From positions 1 to 58,136 of IMG/VR virus record IMGVR_UViG_3300022937_000026: DNA of 58,136 bases; one strand, given 5' to 3'. The position numbers were made by a program, and so were the translations under genes. Below the pieces are notes generated by a model. That model did not search any database. It was given only the letters and a program-made list of their open reading frames with translations, and had not been told where the DNA came from. Each line of letters starts with the position of its first letter. Position 1 is the stretch's first letter. Positions 18,557-28,897 of the stretch are shown piece after piece. This DNA comes from a virus (lineage: Duplodnaviria > Caudoviricetes).

Positions 18557-18563
18557 TATTTAT
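18557..18563 (-). promoter_or_regulatory. Putative late promoter (ATAAATA) heading the modification operon
   Basis: TATTTAT on the + strand in a 60-nt intergenic gap. Confidence 0.55.
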
Positions 18564-18589
18564 TTGCGTAGAGGGTGAGAAGAAAAATT

Positions 18590-19522
18590 TTATACTACCG
18601 AAATGCCGCCTACAAAGATAACAGGAGTTTCAATAGTGAAGTTTCCAGCACTTGCTGGTTGCATAGTACCAGTTGCTTCAGTAGTTTGAACAGCATATGT
18701 CACAGTTCCATCTACTGAGTCAGGGCCGCCACCTAATCCAAAGTGTCCGTCAGTCCAACGTACTTCAAACTCTAAATCTTTAGAAGTACCATTTTGGTTG
18801 TTTGAAACATCTAAACAACGTGCTTTAATAGACCAAGTATTCAAAGCATATGGACTACTTGCAACTAGATTTGCAAAAGGATTAGTGAAAGAATTGGTTA
18901 ATCTAAAAAAGTTATATCCGTCTTGTGGACTTGTACCAGATCCTGGAAAGTTTCCGCCAAATTTTTGTGTTCCTGCTGTTGACAATAATGTTGTCCAAGA
19001 ACTATTTTGATTTGTGGAACTTCCACCAGTACGTGAACTACTAAAATCAATACTGCTTCCACTGGCAAAGAAATGTCTTGCTTTTTCTGCTGTTGTAAAT
19101 GTTACTCTAACAGTAGCAACCAATCCAGTATACCATGTTGTAGTAATATTTTGTGTTCCGTGATTAACAGTTCTTGCTCTAGTCGGTGGAACTTGATTAC
19201 GTGCATTTGCTGTAATTGTTGCGTTAACTGATGCCCAATAATCTATAGGAGCATTTGAAGCGTTGTATCTAAGTCTATCACTTTCTGTTGGAGCAGTGAC
19301 ACCACTAGGTGCTGCTGCAAATATATGATCATAAGCATTTAAGATATCATATCTTAGATTAGCAAACTGTTCAACTGTAACGCTATCAGAAGTAGTAACT
19401 TGGCTGCTGTTTAATACTTGGCCATAACCGTATTGTCCAAAACCTGTTCCCATCACTGTGGCGATTTCGTTTTGGATAACGTTATAATCAGATACTCTTA
19501 CTTTTGCGTTAACACTTGCCAT
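18590..19522 (-). CDS. Virion structural protein (tail/fibre-associated), paralog of 19556-20449
   Basis: Thr/Ser/Gly-rich and beta-strand-like; shares G.G.YGYGQ, AR.FF..GS, SR.GG.S..QN..W and VDGT.T with its neighbour. Confidence 0.6.
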   Translation of the reverse strand: MASVNAKVRVSDYNVIQNEIATVMGTGFGQYGYGQVLNSSQVTTSDSVTVEQFANLRYDILNAYDHIFAAAPSGVTAPTESDRLRYNASNAPIDYWASVNATITANARNQVPPTRARTVNHGTQNITTTWYTGLVATVRVTFTTAEKARHFFASGSSIDFSSSRTGGSSTNQNSSWTTLLSTAGTQKFGGNFPGSGTSPQDGYNFFRLTNSFTNPFANLVASSPYALNTWSIKARCLDVSNNQNGTSKDLEFEVRWTDGHFGLGGGPDSVDGTVTYAVQTTEATGTMQPASAGNFTIETPVIFVGGISVV

Positions 19523-19538
19523 GTTTATACCTCAATAA

Positions 19539-19545
19539 TATTTAT
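19539..19545 (-). promoter_or_regulatory. Putative late promoter (ATAAATA)
   Basis: Located in the intergenic gap upstream of ATG 19522. Confidence 0.55.
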
Positions 19546-19555
19546 CGGTAACTTT

Positions 19556-20449
19556 TTAGGAAGCACTAATACTTGAAAGAGAATATGTTGGAGAAACAAT
19601 CGTATAAGGTGTTCCGGACGGTTGTAGTATAGCATTTGTCTTTAACTCTTCGATATTGATTGTTAAAGTACCGTCTACTAAATCGCCTGGTGCTGGTGGA
19701 CCTAGGTCCACGTAAGAATCATTTAACCTAATTCTAATATCTAGTTGAGTGGCTGTTCCCGTTGCGTTATCCGCTACATCAGTTTTTGCCGATAATTGAT
19801 AGTTGTTTGCAGAATATGGAGTACTGGTACTTAATACATAAAAATCTTGATATGAATTAGTTAAAGTATAATAGTTTATAACAGGATCTGTTGCCGCACC
19901 AAAGTTTTGGTTACCTGCATTATCTAGTATATTAGTCCAAGCATTGTTCTGCGGTGATGAAGTTCCACCTGATCTGCTTGTGGTAATTCTAATTTTACTT
20001 CCTGCATTAAAAAAATATCTAGCTTCTGTTGCTGTTGAAAATGTAACTGTTAATACTGCTTCAGCAAGAGTGTTCCATGAACCGGAATATGTTTCACTGT
20101 CTTTAGCAGTTGTAGTAAAATTTGCAATATCAAATCTACTAATTCTAAGATCATTAGCAACAGTCTGATAAGAATTAATCGGATCTGCTGCTCCTGCTCT
20201 AACAGGATCTGTAGTTAGTGCTATAGGAAGTGTAGGAGTTACTCCTTTTTGATGCTGGTATATTGATACTAAATCAAATCTAATTGCATCAAAGTCTGCT
20301 TTACGTGCTGTCTGGCCCGGAGTTACTTCATAACTTTCAAAAGTTTGTCCATACCCGTAAGTACCACTTCCGGGACCTAATACTTCAACTGTGTTGTTTC
20401 TTAAAGTATTTAAATCGGTTGATTTAATATCTGAGCCAGTTGTTGCCAT
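19556..20449 (-). CDS. Virion structural protein, paralog of 18590-19522
   Basis: Same shared motifs; located in the tail module. Confidence 0.6.
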   Translation of the reverse strand: MATTGSDIKSTDLNTLRNNTVEVLGPGSGTYGYGQTFESYEVTPGQTARKADFDAIRFDLVSIYQHQKGVTPTLPIALTTDPVRAGAADPINSYQTVANDLRISRFDIANFTTTAKDSETYSGSWNTLAEAVLTVTFSTATEARYFFNAGSKIRITTSRSGGTSSPQNNAWTNILDNAGNQNFGAATDPVINYYTLTNSYQDFYVLSTSTPYSANNYQLSAKTDVADNATGTATQLDIRIRLNDSYVDLGPPAPGDLVDGTLTINIEELKTNAILQPSGTPYTIVSPTYSLSSISAS

Positions 20450-22212
20450 TACAATACCACCGCTTCTATGATTTTAACATCTTCGCTCGAATTAGTTTCT
20501 AATGCTATTGCAAATACATCTGAGGATTGTCCTGATCTAATTGCAGTTCCATTAGCAGAAGCAACTAATCTATCACCTTTAGTAACAGGTCCAGTAACTT
20601 TACACGGTACTCTACCTTTCAATGCAACAAATTGCCCCTCTGCAAGTTCAGCGTTCATCATAAAAGCAGGTAGTGTTGAAATAACACCTAACGCTCTATC
20701 ACCATCTTTTGATTTTGTGACTTCTTTTGCTCCACCAACTGATACCACTGTGCCTGGTTCATACTGTGCATCAGTTAGATATTTTTCTGCAAGGTCAGCG
20801 TAACGTGCTGCTGTAGCAGTACCTTGAAATAGGTTAGCAGTTAAATCTCCAGCACCATCTCTGGCTGCAATTGAATTTGCTGTAGCTGTAGTTTTTGCTG
20901 TTCTGTAATTCGGGTCTGTATCAGTTGCAGAATTATCTATTTTAATTCTATCTGCCTTAAGAGCTGTTCCTTGGAATGTGTTTGCATAGATGTCACCTAG
21001 TGCATCTCTTACAGGAATACTTAATCCTGATCCTGGAACTGTAGTGCTAGGTTGAATACTGTTCAACGCACTTGCATTGGTTGCTGTACCAGTTAAGTTA
21101 CCTTGTACTGAACCAATTAATGTACCTTTTAGTGTAGCAGATGAATAACCAATTTCTTTAGTGCTGGCATTAACCATAATGGTTGTGTCATTTGCTAATA
21201 AGTTACCTGTATGAGCACCTGTTGAGTTACCAGTTACATTTCCAGTTAAATTAGCGTGTACTGTAGTTGCATAAATTTCTTCCCAAACTCTTGAAGAAGA
21301 ACCTAAACTGAAAACGTTCGTAGTACCTGGAATAATTCCATTTGTAGAAATATCAAAAATATTTCTTCTTGTTACGCCGTCTTCTGTAATAATAACACTA
21401 ATATCATTACCTAGTATACTTTCAATTACAATTTCGTCATCGTTTTCAATTCTAACTCTGAAATCATTATCATTACCAATTTTAATACCTGGGTCTTGGA
21501 AACTGATTTCTTGATTGAAGGTAATTGATCCTTTTTGTAAGAATTGATCTGCATCAATACCACCTAATTTTAATGAATTAGATGCTGTTCCCCAATACAC
21601 ATAATCGTCTGAGCTAACACCTGATGTATTTGTATTAACTAATGTAAATCCTTTTTTGATTGTTGAAAAACCATCAATAGGATTAACTGATGTATTTAGG
21701 TTGAATTCTGATTGTGATACAATACCAACGACTTTACCGCCGGCATTAATTTTTAATATTGAATGGTTAGCATTACCAGTATCTTTAACTACTTGAGCTA
21801 CAACACCTGATGAACCAAGATCTGGTGATGCTTCTGGTCCAACTAAAACGAACTGGGATCCGTCATAGGCATATAATTGTTTTGCAGAAGTGTCCCACCA
21901 AAAATCACCGGTTCTTAAACCTGATGGTGCAGTAGCACTAGCTTCTGCTCCGCCGGCTTTTTTCCATTTATTGCTATCGTAGAACATAAGTGCTCTGTTA
22001 GCACTATCATACCACATCTGTCCTTCAATTGCTTTAGGTGGCGGTGTAGTATTTCTAAAATTTTCTAATAAGTGTAAAAAGTTCTCATTCTGAACTTCAC
22101 CGTAACCTGCATAGTTTTTACCAACAAAACGCAGATCGGTTGTTGTATCGATAGTACCATCTTCAACCGAAGTTAAAAATGTACCGTTAAATCTGTCTAC
22201 TTGATATGCCAT
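20449..22212 (-). CDS. Tail fibre protein with a C-terminal auto-processing chaperone-like domain
   Basis: Shared fibre N-terminus (GKNYAGYGEVQNENFLHLLENF), G/N/T repeats, and C-terminal ARYADLAEKY...VALKGRVPCKV. Confidence 0.75.
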   Translation of the reverse strand: MAYQVDRFNGTFLTSVEDGTIDTTTDLRFVGKNYAGYGEVQNENFLHLLENFRNTTPPPKAIEGQMWYDSANRALMFYDSNKWKKAGGAEASATAPSGLRTGDFWWDTSAKQLYAYDGSQFVLVGPEASPDLGSSGVVAQVVKDTGNANHSILKINAGGKVVGIVSQSEFNLNTSVNPIDGFSTIKKGFTLVNTNTSGVSSDDYVYWGTASNSLKLGGIDADQFLQKGSITFNQEISFQDPGIKIGNDNDFRVRIENDDEIVIESILGNDISVIITEDGVTRRNIFDISTNGIIPGTTNVFSLGSSSRVWEEIYATTVHANLTGNVTGNSTGAHTGNLLANDTTIMVNASTKEIGYSSATLKGTLIGSVQGNLTGTATNASALNSIQPSTTVPGSGLSIPVRDALGDIYANTFQGTALKADRIKIDNSATDTDPNYRTAKTTATANSIAARDGAGDLTANLFQGTATAARYADLAEKYLTDAQYEPGTVVSVGGAKEVTKSKDGDRALGVISTLPAFMMNAELAEGQFVALKGRVPCKVTGPVTKGDRLVASANGTAIRSGQSSDVFAIALETNSSEDVKIIEAVVL

Positions 22213-22235
22213 ATCTTATTCCCAGTTTGCTCTTA

Positions 22236-22242
22236 TATTTAT
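22236..22242 (-). promoter_or_regulatory. Putative late promoter (ATAAATA)
   Basis: Overlaps the stop of the upstream gene, 24 nt before ATG 22212. Confidence 0.5.
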
Positions 22243-22598
22243 TCAATTATCCTTGATGCTGCGTCTTCTCGCTGTTGCTCTAATGCTGTGTATTCAGCTT
22301 CTGTAAGCGTGGTTGGAACTCCTAAATGCTTCTGTCTTATGTGACGTAGCACTTTCCAATCTGTACTGCTTAAGAATTCTCTTTCTTGCCCGTTTGCTTC
22401 AGCTGTTGCTTGTGCAGCAGAATCTGCTGCGCTGATAGGCTCTACACGTCTAGTAGTTGTATTATAGAAATGTGTTCTTGCTGTAAGAAGATCATTTTCA
22501 TTGTCTGTAATAGTTACTACTGACACTGAACTAGGAACACTTGGTTCATAATTTAAAACACTTATTACTTCGTTATTTTCTATACAAACATAATACAT
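22239..22598 (-). CDS. Tail fibre assembly chaperone-like protein
   Basis: C-terminal EREFLSSTDWKVLRH...QREDA, typical of Tfa-like chaperones; lies directly after a fibre gene; likely start MYYVC at 22598. Confidence 0.6.
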   Translation of the reverse strand: MYYVCIENNEVISVLNYEPSVPSSVSVVTITDNENDLLTARTHFYNTTTRRVEPISAADSAAQATAEANGQEREFLSSTDWKVLRHIRQKHLGVPTTLTEAEYTALEQQREDAASRIIE

Positions 22599-22600
22599 AA

Positions 22601-24850
22601 TTAACTCCAAACCGCCAAGTAGTTAGCTGCTGGCGTTGATCTTTGTTCTGTGTTCTGTACCCAAACTCTAACTCTATCAGATCGTTGTTGGTAAGTACAT
22701 CTTATACTATCATTACCGTCGACGCCGCCTGCATAATGCACCATTGCAATACTAGGTATAAATGCTATCAAATTTGACATAGTTTTTCCTGACGGCGGAA
22801 ACACATCAAAAAAGTTTCTGCTATCGTTAAAACTACCTACTTGATTAGTGAATCCTGCTGTACTGTAAACAGTGTTACCATATGTAATTGTATATGGTGC
22901 TGATTGAGAATCAACATACTGTTTAGTAGCAGCGTGTAATGAAGCAGTTGGATTTCCATCAAGTGTTAACTTGCCAGTCATTGTACTGCCTGACTTAGCG
23001 ACAGCATTTGGATCAGTAGCAGTTATAATAATATTTCCTGTTCCATCAAACGTAACACCATTAATCGTTCTAGGTGTTTCAAATGCTGTTGCAGTACTAG
23101 CATTACCGCTTAGACTTGCTGTGATTATTCCTGCTGAAAAATTACCTGAACTATCTCTAGCAACTACTTTGTCACCAACATTGCCTGTTGATGCATCAAC
23201 AGCAAGTGTACTTGCTGTAACACCATCATAATTTGCTCCTGTTAAGTAGTCGCCAACATTCATTGTAGCGAATACCATCGGTCCCCATGTAGGTGCGCCT
23301 GTGCCGCCTGATCTTAAAACATATCCTGATATACCAGGAGCCAACATTGCTGTTGTGCCTGGAGCAGTTTGATAAGCAATTGATCCTGCATTTCCTCCTG
23401 CAAGGTGTGTTGAAATTCCGGCAGTTGTTGCTGAAGTGGCATTTCCTGTTAGGTCACCGTAAAAATTATTTGCATAGGCATTATTATATTTTAATGACGA
23501 CTTTCCTAAGTCTACATCACTATCTGTAACTGGTGCTAATGATCCTCTAGATCCTAACCCAGCATCTACAGATTCTTGAGGTGATATTAATTGAAGTGAA
23601 GCATCATCTGTTGAATCATTTACTGTGATTAAAATTTTTCTTAATGCACTAATTTCAGCATCACCAGTACCTTCTAGTGTTAAGTTACTATCAAGTACTA
23701 CTGATCCTGCAACACTTAAACTTGTTAATGTGCCTAAACTCTCTAGTGCAGATGTCTTTACATTGTTTGCAAGATTAGTTCCTGTTAATGTATTTGCATC
23801 TGCTGTAATAGTAACATCTGCTGTTCCATCAAATAAAACACCATTAATGTTTCGAGGAGTAGCAAGTCTAGTTGTTGTAAGTGAATTCCCTGTTAGTTGT
23901 GCTCCTACAAATGTATTTGCTGTTACAATATCAAATGCGCTTGTTCCTGAAGATGCAGTAACATTACCTGTTACATTACCTACTAAGTTTGCTGTAATTG
24001 TTCCTGCTGCAAAATCGCCTGCGTTATTTCTTGCCACAACTTTGCCGATTGTGTTTGACGATGTTGCATCAACTGACCAAGTAGTTAAATTACTTCCGTC
24101 AAAATCAGTTCCAGAAATATAATCTCCTGATACTAATCTATTTTTTGTTTCAGCTTTAAAATCTGTATCGACACTTCCATCAAATGCTGTGCCATTTAAT
24201 AAGATAGGATGTTCTAATCTTGTCGCTTTAGCAGCAACTCCATCTAAGTCACCTTTTAATACAAAACCATAATCAGCAAGTGTAATACCTGCTTTTAGAT
24301 CTGAAAAACCTAAAGGTCTTTCTGCTGCTGCAATACTAAATGTACTCGATGAAATAATACCTACAGTAACATCATTTACTATTAATTCAATTATAGGCTG
24401 AGCTGTATTTGTTGTATCTAAAATAGATCTAGATAGTGCTCTAGTTGTTCCGAACCCGTCAACTGCTTCAGGACCTATTAATACCCATTCAACTCCGTTC
24501 CAAGTATGTAGTGTTTTACTAGAAGTCTTAAACCAAAACGCTCCTGCTGGCGGTTCCGGAGGAGGTGTTAAAGAAAGTGCAGCAGCACCAACTTCAACCC
24601 ATTTATCACCACTGTCAAAAACTTTTACTGTATTGTTTGTTGTGTCGAACCAGAGCTGTCCTTTTAGAGGAACTCTTGGAGGAGCATTGTTTGCAAAATT
24701 TTCTAATAGGAATAAAAAGTTTTCGTTCTGAGCTTCGCCATAACCGATAAAGTTTTTGCCTACCAGCGTAATACTAGAACTAGTATTAACTGTAGCATCT
24801 TCTAATACGGCAAATTCGCTTCCGTCACTTTTGTTTATTACATAAGCCAT
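22601..24850 (-). CDS. Tail fibre protein
   Basis: Shared N-terminal domain, three PR.INGV.FDGT-like repeats, two KVVAR...G.F.AG.ITA.L.GN repeats and AATKQYVD. Confidence 0.8.
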   Translation of the reverse strand: MAYVINKSDGSEFAVLEDATVNTSSSITLVGKNFIGYGEAQNENFLFLLENFANNAPPRVPLKGQLWFDTTNNTVKVFDSGDKWVEVGAAALSLTPPPEPPAGAFWFKTSSKTLHTWNGVEWVLIGPEAVDGFGTTRALSRSILDTTNTAQPIIELIVNDVTVGIISSSTFSIAAAERPLGFSDLKAGITLADYGFVLKGDLDGVAAKATRLEHPILLNGTAFDGSVDTDFKAETKNRLVSGDYISGTDFDGSNLTTWSVDATSSNTIGKVVARNNAGDFAAGTITANLVGNVTGNVTASSGTSAFDIVTANTFVGAQLTGNSLTTTRLATPRNINGVLFDGTADVTITADANTLTGTNLANNVKTSALESLGTLTSLSVAGSVVLDSNLTLEGTGDAEISALRKILITVNDSTDDASLQLISPQESVDAGLGSRGSLAPVTDSDVDLGKSSLKYNNAYANNFYGDLTGNATSATTAGISTHLAGGNAGSIAYQTAPGTTAMLAPGISGYVLRSGGTGAPTWGPMVFATMNVGDYLTGANYDGVTASTLAVDASTGNVGDKVVARDSSGNFSAGIITASLSGNASTATAFETPRTINGVTFDGTGNIIITATDPNAVAKSGSTMTGKLTLDGNPTASLHAATKQYVDSQSAPYTITYGNTVYSTAGFTNQVGSFNDSRNFFDVFPPSGKTMSNLIAFIPSIAMVHYAGGVDGNDSIRCTYQQRSDRVRVWVQNTEQRSTPAANYLAVWS

Positions 24851-24869
24851 TTATACGCTCCTAATTCCA

Positions 24870-26738
24870 TTATGGCAACACCTGGTCTGATACGTGAGTC
24901 CATGTACCAGCTAACAATTGGAATGTCTTAACAATTCTAGTTAATGAAACATTAATAACTGGACCATCAACAGGGAACACAGCAACGTTAGTAACTGCTG
25001 GTGCAGTTCCTGAAGGTTGATTAAATGTGGCAGTTGAAATATTCAACTTGCTGTTTACATCAACTGGTTGAGCAGTATTATTAATAATTGTACAAAGTAT
25101 TCTTGCTAATGTTCCGTCTCTGTATTCTGAAGCAGGTGCAAGAGTTGCTAAAACTGTTAATCCTATATATGAATTTGGTTTACCGTCTGACAGATCCATT
25201 GCAAAAGATAATGTTCTTGTTTCGATAGTATTGTCAACGTATTCTTTTGTTGCACCATCTTGCGCATCAGTTGGATCTGCTAATCCTGTAATTTTCGGAG
25301 TTCCGATAAGTGCAATGTTTCCTGATCCATGAGGTTCTAGTTGAAGATCATAATTACTTGATATTGTAGAAATTTTATGGTTTTCAATTCTAAGTTCTGT
25401 AACAGGTGGAATTCCTGGTCCTACGTTAACAACGTTCTGAGTACCAAATGATGTAACACCTGGAATACTTGTAATTGTCGGTCCTAATGAATTAGCATTT
25501 AGTACTGTTACACCGTTAATTTTAAATTCTTTACCACTGGCTAAGTTAACGTGTTCTGAACTTGTCCATGCTTGAGGTGCAAGTGCAGGATATTCTGGAG
25601 TTCCGCCAATACCTTGATTACTCCACATCCAAACGTGATCTGATGTTCCTTTTAAAATTAGGCCACCACCGTCTGCAATTTCATCTGAGTTACTACCGCT
25701 GTCTCCTGTTTGAGCAAGAGTAATATATTTGTCTTCAATCGATAATTCAGTTTCTCTAATAACTGTGAGATCACCATCATTAACAGTAAATGTACCTCTA
25801 ACAGTAACGTCGCCTAGTATTTCCATAGCGCCGCCTACATTAATTTTGCTATCTGAGAAACTTTCGTATAAACCAATAGATCTATCAGAAGGATCAATAA
25901 CAATTGCTTGTTCCTGTGTAATACCTTTACGTACATCAATTACAATTAATTTGTCAGTTGCTGAGTTTGATATTTTTAAGTTACCAGTGTCAACTGTAAA
26001 GTTACCTTGACCGCCGCCACCGATAACAACACCTAAGTCACTTTCAACTCTAAGTGCGTTGGACAAACTGTTTGCTGTATCTTTTCTAACATAAGTTACT
26101 GCATCAATACCACCAAGTTGTTCTGAGTTTGTACAAGTTACATCAAACTTAATTCCATCTAGTGTACCTGCGTTGAAACCTGGAGTAATATCTCCGCTAA
26201 ATCCTTCAATAGAATTTTTAGGAGTAAATGTATCTTTAGAGAAAATACCTAACAATATACCGTTGTTATATAAACTTGTAATAACACGAGTTTGGTTTAA
26301 TGTATCAAGAATACTTTGTACTCTAAGTCCACTTAGGTTTTGTGACAATGAATAATCTGGACCTAATAGAATTGTGTTAGTACCGTCAAAGAAGTATAAC
26401 TGCTTATCTACATCATTAAACCACAAGTCGCCAACACCTAGCGTTGACGGTTGTGTATTAGAAATAGTTGCAGAAGATACTGGAACAAATGCTGATCCAC
26501 TATAAACTTTTAATTTTGCTTCGGTTGCATCAAACCAAATTTGTCCTCTAATAGGATGTGTAGGTGTAGATGTACCTGCAAAATTTTCTAATAGTTTAAC
26601 AAAGTTTTCATTTAATGCTTCACCAAACCCACTATAGTTTTTACCTATAAGTGTTATATCGGTAGAAATATTATCAACTTGGCCGTCTGCTACTGTTGCT
26701 ACTATTGTTCCATCTGTTTTATTAATTTGATATGCCAT
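24870..26738 (-). CDS. Tail fibre / baseplate-associated fibre protein
   Basis: Shared N-terminal domain (GKNYSGFGEALNENFVKLLENF) and ADPTDAQDGATKEYVD motif. Confidence 0.75.
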   Translation of the reverse strand: MAYQINKTDGTIVATVADGQVDNISTDITLIGKNYSGFGEALNENFVKLLENFAGTSTPTHPIRGQIWFDATEAKLKVYSGSAFVPVSSATISNTQPSTLGVGDLWFNDVDKQLYFFDGTNTILLGPDYSLSQNLSGLRVQSILDTLNQTRVITSLYNNGILLGIFSKDTFTPKNSIEGFSGDITPGFNAGTLDGIKFDVTCTNSEQLGGIDAVTYVRKDTANSLSNALRVESDLGVVIGGGGQGNFTVDTGNLKISNSATDKLIVIDVRKGITQEQAIVIDPSDRSIGLYESFSDSKINVGGAMEILGDVTVRGTFTVNDGDLTVIRETELSIEDKYITLAQTGDSGSNSDEIADGGGLILKGTSDHVWMWSNQGIGGTPEYPALAPQAWTSSEHVNLASGKEFKINGVTVLNANSLGPTITSIPGVTSFGTQNVVNVGPGIPPVTELRIENHKISTISSNYDLQLEPHGSGNIALIGTPKITGLADPTDAQDGATKEYVDNTIETRTLSFAMDLSDGKPNSYIGLTVLATLAPASEYRDGTLARILCTIINNTAQPVDVNSKLNISTATFNQPSGTAPAVTNVAVFPVDGPVINVSLTRIVKTFQLLAGTWTHVSDQVLP

Positions 26739-26748
26739 GCTTTTCTAC

Positions 26749-28893
26749 CTAACCTGTTGTAAACTTAGGTGGTCCTGACCTAATAATATAATTGAGTGTT
26801 AAGAACGGATTCATAATACCGACTGGTTGTCCAAGTGCGAAATCTTCGCTCGGTTTTAACACTGAACCTGATGAGTTAAAGTATTGTGCTTGGTCAACTG
26901 CTGTTGGTCCTAAACCAGATGTTGCTGGCGGAATAATAGCAGTATCGATCTTAACAGCACTATACTGAATATCGTTTTCGTTTCTCATATCGTGTTCGTG
27001 ATCTGGTAGGTTTCCAAGTGTTAATGATGTTGAACTTGCACCACTTGAACTACCTAGCGTTTGAGCTTCAACACCTTCAACTCTAGCCGGAGTTGGCTCA
27101 CCGCCACCGTTATCTACATATGCACCTGTTGTAGTCGGAACATCGATATTGTTATCCATGTTATGTCTACCAAGTGCAAAGCGACCACGAAGATCTGGAA
27201 TTCTAAATGTACCTACACCGTTTAATGTTGCTGAACCGTTATATCTTGTTCCAATAACATCGAACAAATCAGGAAACTTAGCACGTTCAACTTCACCACC
27301 GTCACACAACAAATATCCCTCAGGAACATTTGCTCCAGCGAACGGAAAAATTGTACCAATTGGTACACCTAGGTCAGCAACAAAAACATCTCTTTTTTGT
27401 TTTAACAAACCTGATGAACTTCCGGTAGCAGCACTTTCTCTAAATACCAGTATAAAATCGTCTTTATCTGAAGTGTTAGGTACAGGTTGATCTTTACCTG
27501 AAATAATATTTGCAGTTAGTTCTGTTACAAACTGTTTGTCATAACTACCTACTTGGCCGTCAAAAGTAACAGCTGGTGAAATAACGTCTCCAGTTAATCT
27601 AAAACTTGTAACATTTTTTAAGTTAGTTGCTGTGTTTGCGTTACCTGTAATGTTACCATTGATAGTACCTTCAATTTCTTCAGCAATAATCTTTTTAGCT
27701 CTAATATTAGCATATCTTTGTGTTTCAGTACCAAGATCAAATGTATCTGTAGTGTTCGGAACCACTGTTCTTGTTACTATACCACTGTTAAAATTAGTTG
27801 TTCCGCCAACAATTAAATTTTTAGCAACTGCAACACCACCTTGTGTTACAATACTACCTGTGCTTAAACTTGTTGTTTCAGAAATACTAGCAACATTAAT
27901 ACTTCCTGTAAGATTAAAATCACCATCTACATCTAATTCAACATCAGGAGAAACTTGGTTAATACCAACTTTGTTATCGATAACTCTTAATATAGTAGTA
28001 GGTACACCGTTTCTATTAGTTTGTAAGTCTACCGAACTACCAGATGATGAGTTATAAATTTTTGCCGCTGTTGAAGAAGTTTGTAAGTTAAAGTTTCCAT
28101 CAACACCAATTGCAACACCTGTGTTTGTTCTAACGTTTATTCCAAATTCAGTAGTATTAACTGTATCACTTCTAAGGAATTTACCGGCAGCAACTTCAAC
28201 TCCGCCTACGTTAAGTGCATCTGCATTAGATGCTGTACCTATTAGTTTAGGTAATAGTCCACCTTCGAATATTCCTGAAAACAATGCCGCTTCACTATCG
28301 TTAGCAGGTGTTGTTACATTTAATCCAGCTTTAATTTCATCAAAACCTTGAATATCAATTTTTGGAGTAAATGTGTCTTTTGAAATAATAATTACAGGCT
28401 GATCTGCAATATAAAAAATTAAAATATTACGTGTTACGTTATCACTATCACTAATTCTTTCGACTGCTGGTCCATATCTTAAACCGTCAATCGAACTTTC
28501 ACTTGGTCCTACAAGTAACCATCTGTTACCTGTATAAATTCTTAACTGTTGGTTTGTGGTATCAACCCATAGTTCACCAACTTTTGAATTTTCAACTGAA
28601 GGTTCAACTGGCGACTTTTGAATATTTGATGCTGCTTTCCAGTTAGTGTTGTCGAATAATTGCAAAATGCCATTAGTAGTATCGTACCATAGCTGACCTT
28701 CAACTGGATTTATTGGCTGATCGGCACTTGCAAAATTTTCTAGCAGAGCTAAAAAGTTTTCTGCAATAATTTGTCCGTATCCTGTTACGTTACGTCCAGG
28801 AAATGTTAAACTAGTGTCCTGGCTAGAGGTGTTATCGAATACTGTTATCGGTGTTTTGTTGTTTTTATCAGTAAAATTTACAATATATGGCAT
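26749..28893 (-). CDS. Short tail fibre-like protein with a phage tail collar domain
   Basis: Collar domain PIGTIFPFAG..PEGYLLCDG...FPDLFDVIG...FRIPDLRGRF and the T4 gp12-like C-terminal LPDHEH / NPFLTLNYII. Confidence 0.85.
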   Translation of the reverse strand: MPYIVNFTDKNNKTPITVFDNTSSQDTSLTFPGRNVTGYGQIIAENFLALLENFASADQPINPVEGQLWYDTTNGILQLFDNTNWKAASNIQKSPVEPSVENSKVGELWVDTTNQQLRIYTGNRWLLVGPSESSIDGLRYGPAVERISDSDNVTRNILIFYIADQPVIIISKDTFTPKIDIQGFDEIKAGLNVTTPANDSEAALFSGIFEGGLLPKLIGTASNADALNVGGVEVAAGKFLRSDTVNTTEFGINVRTNTGVAIGVDGNFNLQTSSTAAKIYNSSSGSSVDLQTNRNGVPTTILRVIDNKVGINQVSPDVELDVDGDFNLTGSINVASISETTSLSTGSIVTQGGVAVAKNLIVGGTTNFNSGIVTRTVVPNTTDTFDLGTETQRYANIRAKKIIAEEIEGTINGNITGNANTATNLKNVTSFRLTGDVISPAVTFDGQVGSYDKQFVTELTANIISGKDQPVPNTSDKDDFILVFRESAATGSSSGLLKQKRDVFVADLGVPIGTIFPFAGANVPEGYLLCDGGEVERAKFPDLFDVIGTRYNGSATLNGVGTFRIPDLRGRFALGRHNMDNNIDVPTTTGAYVDNGGGEPTPARVEGVEAQTLGSSSGASSTSLTLGNLPDHEHDMRNENDIQYSAVKIDTAIIPPATSGLGPTAVDQAQYFNSSGSVLKPSEDFALGQPVGIMNPFLTLNYIIRSGPPKFTTG

Positions 28894-28897
28894 TTAG

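Noticed and set aside
22980-24230. Repeated nucleotide-level similarity in the fibre gene as a CRISPR array or DGR template/variable repeat
   Set aside because: The repeats are degenerate protein-level shaft repeats with synonymous divergence. There are no regular spacers, no adenine-specific mismatch pattern and no reverse transcriptase in the window.
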